A DNA stretch of 60,452 nt, filler included, from Sphacelaria rigidula (GCA_964200075.2; 6 parts of 6 records of this genome joined end to end with filler, not necessarily neighbours in it), one strand, 5' to 3'. Numbered from the whole stretch's first letter, positions 1-13,288 are shown. Notes: generated by a model from the letters alone, not told the origin. Translations and numbers: made by a program.

Positions 1-519
1 CCCCCCCCCACCTCACAAGCCCCACAACATGCCACGATTCCCGCCTCCCGATTGGGCTACTTCCCCGAGTCGTTCGTGCCTTGAGCGACACGTAGCATGC
101 AGTCTCGCACACGTTCGGTATCATTTAGCGTGATGTTTCACTTGGGGGTAGAGTGTCTTCTTCCCCCTCGCATATGATGTCGATGCCCCATCTTTGTAAC
201 AATCTGACTCTACTCTTGATCTGCACCTCCAACTGCCGACCCTTCTCTGTCCCAGCTGTTGCCAACAAGCAACCCCAGGGGCATATGGTATACTGTATCC
301 ATATTCACTGTATTCATGGCCGTCGCTAGTCGTAATCCCCTCCTCCCTCCCAAAGAAGAAAAGCTGCGCTCTACCCCGTCTCCTCCTGGCCACGCCCCCC
401 TTCCCGTCCCCTCTCTCTCAATCCATCGCGATAAATAGATGTCATGGATGCCTTTGCTTCTGTCTCCCTTTCGCCCTCTTCTTGGCTACATACATGTGTA
501 TTTATATATGTGTGTGAAG

Positions 520-609
520 GTTCAAGAGTTACCACCATCGTCAGTTGCGAGTCTGGCGTGGGCATTCGCCAAAATGGGACACCCGTCGTGCGAGCTCATG
601 GAACGTGTG
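520..609 (+). CDS. Internal exon of an OPR/RAP (FASTK-like) helical-repeat protein: VQELPPSSVASLAWAFAKMGHPSCELMERV
   Basis: ag|GTT acceptor at 518-519, GTG|gtgaga donor at 610, 90 nt, phase 0/0. The SLAWAFAKMG motif is typical of octotricopeptide repeats. Confidence 0.75.
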
Positions 610-3600
610 GTGAGATACGGTAGCACACCTCAGACCGATCGATATGATTTCGATACATGGTGTACATGTCTTGGGCTGAACGTATCATCGTATGGCGATA
701 TATTTCGCCTCGAATGATGTGACACACGAGCAGCCGCGACTCATGTACTGATCGGTATATGTATGTATCGTAGCACTTGGGGGGGTGTAGTCCGTCATGA
801 CCGAGCCAGCACGTATCTGCATGCATTGCAGGCATCCATCTTGCCCGAACAATACGTGTTGGGGTGCATAGCGAAACGCGTATATTGTGCGAACAATACG
901 TGTTCATATTGTGAGAATAATTCGTGTTTATATATATATATATATACGCAGATTGAAATGCATAGCGGGAACCCATGCTTCCCGGGAAATGCGTACCATG
1001 ATCCACCCGCAGCGTTTCTGTTGTGGGGACAGTAAATGTTTTGGCGAACTTGGGGGGTTGTTGCGTCGAACGAATCGTCACACGCATTGCGCCGTATACG
1101 ACTGGTGAATAACGCGAACGAAAAATGATGGCATTCACTCTGACCGCGAGTCTGAATTTGCGAATTTTTCATGAAAAAATGCCAAACGTTGGCGATGGCA
1201 TGTAGGAGAACCGCGCGTTGATTCCAAGTACGCGTTTCCAAATGGCACGGCACGGCATGGTATGGCTGGGGCATGTGACGACGGCTTGTAGCACGTTAAG
1301 AAGTTTTGCTCCTCCGAGATAACGGAGACACACACAGCAGGGCTCATAAAATACAATACACTGAAACAACATGGAGTTCTAAGGTCGGTGTGAAATGTTC
1401 TAAACCTTCTCCACTTTCCCACAAAAAATGCAGTGAGCAACCGCAAAGTGAAATGGCAGTACTTGTTGGGTACGAAAAGATATTCGAGAATACGATTTGA
1501 ATGGATATGATAAGTACCCGAAAGCAAATGGTCGCATTTCTCTCACTGTCATAACATCAACCTGCACCAAAATCGTTTGCCTACACTCACCGGCCGGCAC
1601 AACACACACACGCGCGCACGCCAACAGAAATCCATGGGCCATATCCGTAGCGCCGCTTGGCTACGGCTCTTTGCACCCGTCGCCCTCCCCCCGAAGCTGC
1701 AGACAGCAGTGCAGGGCGCCAATTCCGGCAAAAGCAGCACAGTCAATCAGTACAGCCAAGTATGCAATCACATGAACTTTCATGTACTATCCAAAAGAGT
1801 CTATGGTCTGGCCGAAGTACGCTCGCCGGTGATGATTAAGAAAACGCGATTCCGCTGCATATCTTGACTCCGTGCCTTTAGAATAATAGTGTAGTGCTGT
1901 ACTGTGGATCTGCTGTACCTCAGCGCGTTTTTTCTCGTCAAGTTGGATGATGACCGTCACCGTTTCTTCTTCAGAAGATATGAATATGGAAGAGTCCTTG
2001 AAGCGTCGACGATGTTGCGCGCACACAACGTGCTGTATATTTTGTCATAGAACCTTTGCCAGAGGGGGCGCACCGGTGTCCTGCTTGCCCTGTGTATGCT
2101 CGGCAGAATTTTTGTTCATGTATTTTTGGCTCTGCAAGAGCTAGCTAGCTGCACGAAGCAAAATTCCTCGGGGAAGGAAAGAACGTGCAGCCGTGGTTCC
2201 AATCTTAACACTATCTTCCGTCTTTCGAATGTATCGTCTTCGTCATTCACGGTGCATGCAATACAAAAATGTGCACAGTATGTGCATCCGAAGTATATTG
2301 GCTACAGGGGAGTTTTCACGACGTGGGCGCCAAATGCTGTGGTTGAGTAAGCGCTTGATTTTTGGTGTAGAATATCACATTCGGGTCTTCAGGCGGGGGC
2401 TGATAGTCCCAGGTACTCGCCAACGTGCGCAGGACTTGCTTTTTACTCACATTGGCGCCTACGGCGCAGTTTTGAGTTCTGCCAATGCACTCTGGGTACC
2501 TCTATCCGTTGCTTCAGGGTTCTCGGCATGCCTTGAGTTAATGTTGGGGCTAGAGCGAGAAGGCTAGGGCTAGGGCTAAGGCTAGGGTTCCCACGAAATA
2601 CAATTATGTGCCAACCGTGGAATTTTGCGACCAACTCGCGTCAGGATATTTCATTGACGGAACATTCTGCTCGAATTGCTGCAGCACATGAATATGCCGC
2701 ACCACCGACGAACGGCAACCGCGACCGTATTGCATCCACCAACACCCGTTGTGCCGGGAGGGTCTGGTCGGTAAGAACCTTGGTCATGGAGCCAGCGAAG
2801 TTTTTTGCATGAAATGGAAGCAAGATCAGCTTTGAGTTTTGAACATGAACGGGGGAGGATCAGAGCGTAGCGGGATCTGAGACCATCACTTTAATGGGGA
2901 CATAATTGTCTATGAAAAATTGGCGATTCTGCACCTCTCGGCCCACCAGTGTATCGTAGGCCCAATACAAATTACCCAGTGAAGATGTGGAATGTATTCC
3001 GCGGCCAGCTGGTGTTAGGCTTATTCGCATTAGATGCGGCATTTGGACAACATGTGTTGACGTAGGCTCCACAGCAGCATACTGTGCGAGTGCGTATATA
3101 TGTATCGAAGTATCGCATGGTCGGATATATTGCATGGTCTGGGTATGTACTGCGCACTTGCAACCGTACATGTGCTGCTGGTATCTATCTGCCTTTGGTA
3201 CCAACATTTGTCCGGTAAATATATGTTGGCCACGCTGAGCCGTCCGTGTCTTGTTTCGTAAGGAAATATATATATATATATACTATTTGTCAACCGCCTG
3301 GGGTATGTGTGAGATAATGAGCAGACGATTGCCCTTACCGTCATTACCATGATTACCGTCCCTACCGTCCCTACTACGACCATGACTACGACTAATATTA
3401 GTAACTACCTTTTGCTACTACGACTACGACCACGACCAACGCACTAGCCAACTCATCCTTGAAGTTTTTTTTTTACTTCGTTCGCTCCCCTCAGTGTGTA
3501 CGCTTTTATCTTTCACGTGCAAGCATCCAACAATCTTCGCGCAAAACCGCAGACGGACGTCGTGTTCAGCTGGACTTGTGTGCCCCGTCCACACTCGCGC

Positions 3601-4095
3601 GCTCTTTCGAACAAGAACTGCTTGCATGCACCTCTGGCTACACACGTTGCACAGCATAGTGAGCATACCCGCGCAGAACATATGAGGTTTAGGTGTTCCG
3701 ATCATGCACTAACAACCGATGACACGAAAAATGAAAACATTTGTCTTCTATCCGCGTACATTCGTGTAAAACCAAAAAACGAATGACACAAGAGCGCCTC
3801 CCCGCCCCGCCTGCCCCCTCCTCGCCCCGCGTGCACCTCCGCTACCTCCTTTCACCGCACCTTGTGCCCGGATTTTTTTGCCTATCTAGTTGAGCGTAGT
3901 CGAGAGGAGATTGGACGAGTTCACAGCGGAGGATGCTGCGAGTGCGTTGTGGGCTCTGGGATCCCTCGGCTACACCGTATCCCTCAAGGTATTTATTCAT
4001 CCTGATATTTAAAGTACCCCCTGCTGGGCAAAACGACGAATGCAAGGGTGGGACAACTAATGACTCATCTGAAAGCTACTTGAGGACAGTGTGAT

Positions 4096-4312
4096 TGATT
4101 CGTACGGTACGAATCAATCCTTGGGCTCTGTTTTCAGGGTTGCACCCTAGTTACCCGCACTCCCGGCACGTGGAATAGTTGTAGTAGTGCAAAATTTGCT
4201 TCGAAGCTTCTTAGACCCCGCGGTCAACTTTTCTCCCTCTTTCGAAGGATCGGGCCTCACAAATCGTAAGTTTCGTGATTCGGATCAGCAATGATTCGTC
4301 GACCCTTGGACG
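4096..4312 (+). repeat. Dispersed non-coding repeat family, copy 1 (also 5758-5950 and, inverted, about 21205-21385)
   Basis: Shared blocks TGATTCG..CGTACGAATCAATCC..GG...GTTTTCAG..TTGCA.CC and TGATTCGTC in three places. Confidence 0.7.
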
Positions 4313-4739
4313 AAAGAGCCCTTTTTGTCCTTGTTTTTCGTGCAAACCCCTATTTAGACTGTGGGCATAATCTCGGAACACTTTTCTCCGGCTGGCCGCC
4401 ATAATCCGAAATTCTGACGAATCCAGCCGTGCGCGTTTGAATTCCAAGTCGGGCACCAAGTCTGAAGGGAGGGGAGTGACCAAATTGATGGTTTCAAGTG
4501 GTCAATTTGGTCATAATATTCCCCTACAGATGGCCCGCCGGTCGCATACATCCCAACCTAGCCGTATTTGACCATTCGGGTACCGACCTCTCACTTCTGG
4601 AAAAATTAAAACAAGAACAAATTGAGCTGCCCTTGCTACCTTACCTCTCCAGTCGAGCAGCTTCGGTGGCGTAAGGGATCGTGAGGCAGTCAAAACGAAA
4701 CGTCAATGAACCCCGCGAAAAACAAATGTGATCGTAGTA

Positions 4740-5725
4740 TGGCAGAAAGTGGCTTGTACGATGCGCCGATTTGCTGGAACCAACTTGACGCAGCTCAGAC
4801 TTTACAAGCTGCGGTGATTCTTCCAAAAACGTTTCTGACGCTTCTCACGAGTTTTCATCGTGGCCAACCCCGACCCATTACACTCCTTACATAGAATCTG
4901 TTTCCTGCCTCGTCCCCAGATTTACCACGATGGCTGCCATCTCGAAATCTCCTTGTGCAAACGCATGCTGGAACATCTCCTTCGAGATGAGCAGTAAACT
5001 CCAGCTCCTTGTCTGCGTAGAATCGAAGGCGGGCGACATGCACGTCCTGTACCCTGCACCTCGCCCGTCACAGTGCTCTGGACCCCGTATTCGTGCTGCT
5101 TCTCCGCCGTCACGATCTGCCAAGGACCGGTTCACGTGCTCACGAGCTTCGGCGTTGCTCCCAAACGCCTCACCCTCGCCGCTAGCCCGTAATCACGAGC
5201 CACGAAGTTTAGAAGCTGCCCCTCACTAACCACACGTCTCCGCAACTCGCGATTCTTCTCGACACGACACGACACTGCGCCGCCTCCTTGAGCAACTGTC
5301 GCTGGGCCTCGACAATTGACGCCGCCTTCTGCCACAAAGCTCGGTTTTCAAGCACATCGACTCCCAGTTGCCCCCAGTTGACGATGCCAGTGTAGAGAAA
5401 CTGGGTACGGCGTGCTCGCATAGCGCTCACGGAAATGCGATGTTCGATTCCCACTGCACGGCAGGCACCAAACCCAACCAATCACGAACGTCGCGCCTTG
5501 CAACATAGCCTTCAAGGTAGAAATAATCTCAGGCGTCATACGCCCACAGGTGCCATTAGACCGACCATGGCGAGTCAGCCACCGCGAATCTCTGATCCAG
5601 CTTCAGCGTCTTTAATCGAGCGCTTTCATCACACGTATCTTAAAAAATGCTATGCAGTATCGCTGACCGATACCTCCGGCAACCCCAGCGTCTTGCATAA
5701 CGTCCAAGGGTCGGACAAATCAACA
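4740..5725 (-). mobile_element. Degenerate Ty3/Gypsy pol fragment (integrase core, C-terminal region, chromodomain-like tail)
   Basis: Frameshifted peptides GLPEVSVSDTA, RSNGTCGRMTPEIISTLKAML, WLGLVPAVQW..N.AFRERYASTPY, DVHVARLRFYADKEL, FEMAAIV, LEESPQLVKSELR. Confidence 0.8.
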
Positions 5726-5757
5726 ATTTGTCGGTAAATTACGTGGTGTTGGTGTAC

Positions 5758-5950
5758 TTGATTCGAATCGTACGAATCAATCCCTAGGCTTGGTTTTCAG
5801 CATTGCAACCCAGGTACACGCGGAATGGCACAAACGTTGCGTGGATACCCCCTGGACCAGCGGTCATATCGTTTCTCCCTTTCGGGCAATCAGGCCGAAG
5901 AAATCATGGATTTGGTCATTCGAACCCGTGATGATTCGTCCTAACCGTGA
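5758..5950 (+). repeat. Dispersed repeat, copy 2 of the 4096 family
   Basis: Direct similarity to 4096-4312; reverse-complement similarity to 21205-21385. Confidence 0.7.
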
Positions 5951-6314
5951 TAATGTCCATTGATTATTTACCGTCAGCACTGGCATCCATGACTCCGCGG
6001 GCTCCAACCACACGGAAGTTGCTCAGATGGACCACCACCTCCAAAACATACTTGAAGCCGTCCCCTCCATCCAATACACTCTCTCCCACGAGGCCACCCT
6101 CCCAACCGTAGATAGAGAATCAGGGCTCATCGCCAACCCTGGGCGGGTACCGTGCACTGTCTTCCCGAGGGGACGCGGGACCCCCACCGCACGGTAATCC
6201 CTCACCAGTCGGAAAATGTTCTTCTTAGTCGTCAGCAGCGCGCAATGAATACAAAGAATATAGAATACCAGAACCATAGAAGTGTTCATTGTAACAATCC
6301 TGATCGCTTCAGTT

Positions 6315-6500
6315 GAGCGAAAATATCAAAGAGCGAGAAGCGGGAGCTGTGCACTCGTAGTACGCCCCAACGAACGGTGATCCCGGAACTCGTTCAAAGT
6401 TGGTCGCGCAGATTCATTTTCCCGGAATTCGTGTCAGGTAATTATTTCTCTCGATTCTCAAAGGTTTGAGATTCAGCAGGAACCATGATAAGCGGTGATC
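6315..6500 (+). repeat. Dispersed repeat shared with 13486-13670
   Basis: GAGCG.AAATATC..AGAGCGAGAAGCGGGAGCTGT.CACT.GTAG is near-identical in both, with colinear similarity beyond. Confidence 0.7.
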
Positions 6501-8117
6501 ACCGAAAAACTCGCGAAACCGATGCCAGTCAAAAATTCGAAGTTCAAACTTGTACGACTATAAAACAGAAAACGTCCACGCAAAAAAAATTCGGTTGTCA
6601 GCTTCTGTTTTTTTTCTCTTGTGGGCAAAAACAGAGTAACTTTTTTTTTTCAAGTCAGCCTCCACGCTGATAAAAGCTACGTTGACGAAAAACGGAGCTT
6701 GCGAAACTGCTTGCCAAGTAGCTGCACAGTTATTGTGCCGTAGATAGAGTAGTAGAATACTATGCACGTAAAGCGACAGCCACGGCGTACGGAAGTCAAG
6801 AGAGACCGAGAACTTTATCGCATGCGGGTGTTACTGTCCGCCGCCCACTACACTACCTCACAAGGAGGAGCTTTTATTGGCCTCACCTCCGTACGCAGCG
6901 CGTCCAGGTGGGACAGCGACGTGAATCTACTTTGACCTCACACACCTTCCGCGCTGGCATCAGGTGTCCCTCACCTACAGCCCCTAACCGTTATCCTCCG
7001 CTTCGGCCGCGCGGTGGGTGGAGCGTTTTTATTCACACTGTTTGATATGGAGATTATGCAACGATTGTAGAAGAAGTGTCTTTTGATTGATCATAATTTT
7101 TCGGCTATTATCTCCAGTACCAACCTGATACCACCCCGACTTGAGCCAAATAAATAATGAAGGCTGGGTGGACGACAGAGGTGTGGCAGAAAATGGTGAT
7201 GGTAACGCTTTATGATTACTTTTCCCTCATGATAAGATCGAGTCGATCGATTGATGGCGGTGTACAGCACACGGTTGCCGTACGTCTGAGAGGAATGGTA
7301 TGGACAGTACCATACTCGATATGCGAGCCCGCGTCGTTGACCACGGGTTCGAGAGATCGGGCTAATGTGTGTTTATAATAATAACAGAAATAGTACACTG
7401 CTGTCTGCAGTGGATAGGAATGACACACAGTTGCATGTGCGGTTGATTCCATGGGTGAGCTGCACTGTATTGTGTGTACAGGCCTATAGCAGTACAAATA
7501 CAGCTGTAGTCCAGTAGTACGGTACAGCAGCAGTACAGACTGCAAGTACGGTAGAGTAGAGTTGAAGTCATGTGACATGCAGGGCAAGATCCAAGCATGC
7601 TCGAGGGGGTGCCAGGACGGCCCCGAAGATATCAAGACTGGGAAAAACATAGGGCAGGCAGTATGTTATTTTGGGGGTGTATCTCAGCACTAGTGGGAGC
7701 AAAGGTGCCCCACGGTGCAAGGGCATGGGCCAGACGAATTGGCCAAAGCACCGGGTATGTATGTACCGCTCTTCAATGCGGTCGAGGTTTCCCTGCACTA
7801 AGCTCTTCAAAAATGCCCCACACCCACCCGCTCATGCAATGAGGCGTGTTATCCCGGAAGAAACAACTGTTCCGAATCTAAAATGTGCCGTAGGCGATCT
7901 GAGGCGATAGGGGGGGAGAAGGGAAGGGAAGGGGGGGGGCGTCGCAGTCTAAGAGTGAAATAACCCTTTGGCGGCGAGAGAAGGCTATCTGTTTGAATCG
8001 GCATCAGCTTCACTTGAAAAGCGTATGCATGATGCATGATCCAGATGGACTACTCATACTCTCGCGGTGAAAGAGTTAAGCAGTTCAAAACAATACAACA
8101 ACATGATGTTGCTCTGC

Positions 8118-8260
8118 ACACCTTGGACAATGGATTACGTTGCCCCAAATTGTACTGCGTTCAGTATGGAGCATTGCGTCTACTGCATTAGACAATGTAT
8201 TCCATACTGTACGCAGCACATTTTTGAACAGCTTAATCTATTGTCATGGTCCAGGGTGTG
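8118..8260. mobile_element. Short MITE with CACACC(C/T)TGGAC terminal inverted repeats
   Basis: Left cacaccttggacaa, right ggtccagggtgtg. Same TIR as 13289-13464 and 18029-19608. Confidence 0.6.
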
Positions 8261-8698
8261 TTGTTCTGCCGGGGCTTCCTATACTGTATTCGGTAACATC
8301 ATTTTTGACCTGTTTTCCCGGATTGTTTTCCCGCATCCCTTTGTGCTCCTCCCCCCCCTCCCCCGTGATTCTCTTCCGATAAGATTTTCTGTTCGTGGAG
8401 TCGTTTCGAGGATGAGGAAGGTTGTAGATTGGATGGCAGGCTGCTGTTGCTGTTGCTGTTGCTGTTGCGTGTTTTTCTTGTAATATTAGCGCACCCCAAC
8501 GCTCGCATAGGTTCATTCACAGACGAACCGAATACTATAAATATTTACGTACGAAAGACATACTGTATGGATACTTTTTAAAAGTTGACGCTTGGCCCTT
8601 GCAGTATTGCAAGGTAACTTCTGAGTATCAACATTTTGGCCGGTCATCCGGACATTAGATCAAGGTTTTGGTGGCTACCTGCGTGTGTGCTTGTGCGC

Positions 8699-8699
<1 letters not shown>

Positions 8700-8743
<44 letters not shown>
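8700..8743. repeat. (GT)n microsatellite
   Basis: Directly visible. Confidence 0.95.
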
Positions 8744-8744
<1 letters not shown>

Positions 8745-9439
8745 CGTGCGTTTCATTCGGACAGACTCGAATGAGTCAGTTGACTGCCCAGGGCGGACCA
8801 TTCGCCGAATTTTGTTGTCTTGGAACATGACTGCAATACACGGGTGCCTATCTGCGAGCGATCAAAGGTTAATATGCGCAAGGCGCGTAGTATTGTGTCG
8901 TAACTTGCAGTTGGCAAATACGTATGTCAGATAGTATATTGTGTGAGCATTACGGATGGATGTTGTAAACCCCACCCCCTCTCTCCCCAGGCCATTCGGC
9001 ATGACGCCGCGTACAATTTCTTCCAAGTTACGGGGCCGGTTTCAAATTGGGCGAGGAGGGGTGGTGAATCTCGTACAAGTATCGGAGCAGAAGTGAAACG
9101 TGACCATGCGACCCGGCACAGTAGTCAATCCTTTTGGTCGAGATAGATCGTACTGCGCGGGGAGAAATCCCTCGCCCCGACGCAAAAGGGACCATCGTGC
9201 TAGGCAGTGGTGAGATGGTGAGACATCCGCGAGGCAAGGCCTAAGCCGTGGCTGTCTCTGGAGGTGACCGATACCAAGAAATGAAACAACTAATTCGAAG
9301 CATTGAGGCGCAAGACAATCAGTACGCCTCGGGCCGAACGATCTCTGCAGAATGCAGCTCACCCTTCATGCGACTAGCCGAACACATCGCGACGCTTCGC
9401 GTTTGGTGATTGATTACGAGCTTGGTCCGGCGAAAGTAC

Positions 9440-9540
9440 GCTGTGCTCTCTATCCCGGCTTCGGAGGGAGGCAAGGTCAATGGACTTATGACTACGGCAT
9501 GCAATGTCATGAGTTCACTCATTCCCCTCTAACCCCCGTC
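9440..9540 (+). mobile_element. 3' end of a non-LTR element family (GGTCAATGGACTTATGACTACGGCATGCA...ATGAGT.CAC)
   Basis: Similar to 50525-50575, 56175-56205 and, inverted, 59572-59655. Confidence 0.6.
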
Positions 9541-9606
9541 GGACATAGTTGCCCGTGCTCTCCCTTCCCCCACCCCCACATTTGCCGTGTACTTCCTTCT
9601 ACATAG

Positions 9607-9780
9607 AGGCAGCTCCACGTGAGCACGGAAGATCTACGATCCCTTAACCCGTCGGCGGTGGTGAACCTGCTGTGGGGTTTGGTGAAGACGGAGGCGGTAT
9701 TTGCGGACGGATTTGAGCGCGAGGTTTTGGAGGGTGTTGCGGCAGACATGGGGCCCAAGCTGCTCAGCTTTTCTCCGAGA
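9607..9780 (+). CDS. Exon of the same OPR/RAP-like protein: RQLHVSTEDLRSLNPSAVVNLLWGLVKTEAVFADGFEREVLEGVAADMGPKLLSFSPR
   Basis: Pyrimidine tract plus catag acceptor, AGA|gtgagt donor, 174 nt, phase 0/0. Contains OPR-like NPSAVVNLLWGLVK and a repeat start FSPR. Confidence 0.75.
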
Positions 9781-9993
9781 GTGAGTTAAGGGTAGAGATC
9801 ATCGTAGTTGTACCGCGTAAAAAAAGGATGGGGAAGCACGCAAAATAATCGAATATGAAAATAAACTGAATGGAAGATAGGGAAAAAGAAGAAAAGGGGG
9901 GGGGGGGGGGGGGAACCCTTTTAAAGGGGGTGTGTTTTTGGGGGGGGGGGGTGGGTTGAGGAAAGAAGGTTTTTATTTTTTTTTTTTTTTTCC

Positions 9994-10093
9994 NNNNNNN
10001 NNNNNNNNNNNNNNNNNNNNNNNNNNNNNNNNNNNNNTTAATTAATTAANNNNNNNNNNNNNNNNNNNNNNNNNNNNNNNNNNNNNNNNNNNN
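9994..10093. other. Artificial 100-nt contig linker (N..TTAATTAATTAA..N)
   Basis: The six-frame stop cassette within Ns is identical at all five junctions. Confidence 0.98.
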
Positions 10094-11119
10094 TAGGCTG
10101 GCCCAGCTCGTAGGGTATTTGAGGCCGTACTCGACCAACTCAAAACTTGACCAGAGTATCGGAGGCCGGGTCCGATGTACCAAAACCTATAACTTCAACG
10201 TCTTCCTCTGGCGACTACTGTTGTTGCGATGTTTTCCCGTCTTGCACTGTTTCCACCGCTGACTCTCCCATGGAGGAGTCACATATGTGGCCAGTGGAGT
10301 CGCTCATTGTGATCATACAGTAGTGTGCAGTCTAACTATTCGTTTCAAGGCATTTTGTGATTTCTTCGTAATTGGCGATTTTCTTGGGCTCTTTTCGCTT
10401 GCCACCGCATATCACATTGGAGATCTGAATATATTTGTATCCGCTCCACATTCCGAGAAGAAAAAAAAAGGTACTCAATATTGAGTGACTTACGGGCTGA
10501 CCGGTCATCGGGGTCCCTGCGACGTTTCAGCTCGGATTCTTACTCTTCGGTATTTTCGGTCGATCGAGCCTGTCCCGATCATATTTCTAAAAAAATGCAC
10601 AGTTTTATTTTTTTGAAGTTCTGCCTACTCATTGCAGTAGAGCCGAAAAACTGTGCTTCACGGTCGATAACACCCTCCTGGTGAACGGGGTATTTACTCG
10701 TTTCGCCCGATAACAACAACTAGCACTGACTTGGGCACTGTGTTCTGAGGATCGTCTGTTCGTTGTACCAAAATCTACCGACGCTAGCAATTTCGAGTTC
10801 TATCGAAGAGTAGCACGCGAGGGAACCCCCAAAACCCCTCTGAATAGTTAGACCGCCCACTACTGTACCTACTCGACTACTCGTCGTCTATTCGATTACT
10901 CCATAATGACGAGTAGTGCTCTGTACTGAAAGTAATATCGAAGGCGTTGCGAGGTATCGAGTATGAACTGCCGTGGGCGGGGGCTGGTGAGGTGGGGCGC
11001 TGGGGCAGGTAGGTCAATTTACCTGCACGCTTTTTTTATTTTTTTATGGCCATCGTTCGCCCATCCATTCAACAAAGTGTGTAGAGTAACGTCACGAAGT
11101 CGCCGACGGTCAGGGGTAC

Positions 11120-11335
11120 TCTTTACTCAAGTATTACAGAGAGTGCTTACTCAATAGTTGAGTAGAGTATTTGAAGTCGTATTCGATGTACTCAAAATTT
11201 GAATAGAGTATGTGAGGCCGTACTCGATGTACTCAAAATTTGAGTAGAGTATTGAGGTCATACTTAAGTGATACTCCATGCTCGAGTATTTTACTCGAGT
11301 ACTCAAAAGTACATACTCTCCTCGACCTACCCTTA
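11120..11335. mobile_element. DNA-transposon end with 41-bp subterminal repeats (TAGAGTATTTGAGGCCGTACTCGATGTACTCAAAATTTGAG); related units at 10110-10190
   Basis: TAGAGTAT at 11163, 11204, 11245. The array ends near ...CTCGACCTACCCTTA. Confidence 0.55.
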
Positions 11336-11581
11336 CAATTTTTCAAAAAATACGTTGGCCTCTATGGAAAATGAACGTATTTTTTTAGGTTCGCCATCAT
11401 TCCGCTGAATATGGTTGAAACGACGCTTCCATGCGTGAATTCAGCGTGTGTGTGATGAGGCGTGACGCAAATCCCGACCAGGCACGCAAGCAGGGTTCCA
11501 CACACCAAAACGCCGCACCCTTCCTCCCTCCTACAGTCACGGACATACTATACTCAGAACAGTATAGCACTCTAGGGCATG

Positions 11582-11990
11582 CAGGGTAGCGCCCCCCGGA
11601 AATACTGGATACCCAGAGTACTCACCCAGAGGAATACCCGGGATGCCACCCGTAATGCTCGGTACACTTGTTGAGTACGTTAGTGCAGGTAACCAGGGTA
11701 CTGTCTACAGAAAGCACTGAGTATTCCAGGATATGAATAGTATCGACTGCTGAAAATACTAAGTATTTAATGATATCCGGCGTATCGATAGCCCAAAATG
11801 ATTAGTCCTTCAGGATACCCAGGGTATGGACAGCCAACCATACTCAGTATTATGGGGTACCCGGAATAAGAACTGCGGAAAGTACTGATCATCCCAGGCT
11901 ACCTCGGGTACCCACCGTCTGAATTATCCAGTTTGGTATCCGGAACACTGAGTACTTGTGGTCAACACTCCGGGTACTTGGAGTGTCGAC
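11582..11990. repeat. Degenerate 42-bp tandem array (core ACTGAGTATT); second short copy at 13715-13820
   Basis: Cores at 11716, 11758, 11800, 11842, 11884 and at 13715, 13759, 13801. Confidence 0.7.
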
Positions 11991-13288
11991 TGCGATACAG
12001 CAGTAAAATTCAAAAAACGATGTTCACTCAATTGGGATTTTTTCACCAACGATTTGTCACCTTCACTCGAGAGTTTGCTTGAGAGTTGGTAGACGTTGTT
12101 GGGAAAAGAAGCAGACCATCTTCATGACACATTTCCCAATATTGCGTTGTCGAAACGATACGGCCCGACACTCCGCGTATGCCCCCCAAACACGTTTTCT
12201 CGGATGTAGCGCGATGAATATCGAGAAAACGGAAGAACTGAAGTATATTCTAGCGATCGCAGTTCGGGTCAAATCTCTTCCCTGCATACAGGTGTCATGT
12301 CGCTTTCATACTCCGACAGGCCAGCATTCCGTCTCTACCTGATTTCACAGTACATTTTCTCGCTGATTCTTCGCTTGCATTTCGCTGGAAATTAGGGTAA
12401 ATTCTTCCTCTGCTTGGGTTCGGTTTTGGAGTGCGTTTGTTTTCCGCGATATGTTTTGAATAACGATAGGGCGTTATGGCGTTGCGGTGCGTTCCGTTTA
12501 ATTTCCTGGGCCCACGTCTCAGCGGACTCTTCTAGCGTCCGGGGTACCGTCGTCCATCTCGACCTCTCTTCATTGGTGGAGTCGGTATCGATTTGCTTGA
12601 AAATTAAATCTGCATCATCTTCATTTGACCATCAAAGGAAACAACACAACATAAAGCATGCCACCGCTCTCCATTGAACAGTCTTCCTCTCGGGATGGGG
12701 TTTGCACACCTGAAGCGTGCTTTGATCTTGCGTGCATGACTCGTCGTCTTAACTGTACTTTCTTTTCCCCCACCTCTGCACTGCTGCAGCTGGTGCTCAT
12801 ACTTTTACTCCGCGTGTACGTTTTGCTCATCATTACTGGCCGGATGCGGTCACCTCTTCTTCGAATTTGAATCGGCATCATCTCAACGGGCGCTGACTCT
12901 TTGTGTGCGTACGCTGTGCGCTGACTGCCATGAGCATAATCATCTACTCGACGTGCGAAAAGTGCAATCGCAGCTAGAGGATATCATCTCCGACCCACGG
13001 TATTGGGATGCTTTCATCTGGTGTCCGGCATGACGTATACATAACCTACGCAAAATCTTGCCCTCAAGCATTCGTCTCACACAAACCATCGTTTCTCATT
13101 AAATCTGAACCTATTTGTGCGAGGTCACATACCAGGTGCTCAGCTGATGAGCAGCTGCGGCTTTTTCCTCAAGTCATGCGCCATAATACATCGCCGGTAC
13201 TTATGTATCTTTATATTTGCTGTCGATCAATTGACCGTGACGGCTAAAGCCACCGAAACCCTCGTGGAAGTATTGATTATAACGACCC

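Noticed and set aside
8991..9063. Extra exon of the OPR-like gene after a strong pyrimidine tract/CAG
   Set aside because: The peptide is not OPR-like, and the nearest good donor gives phase 1, incompatible with 9607.
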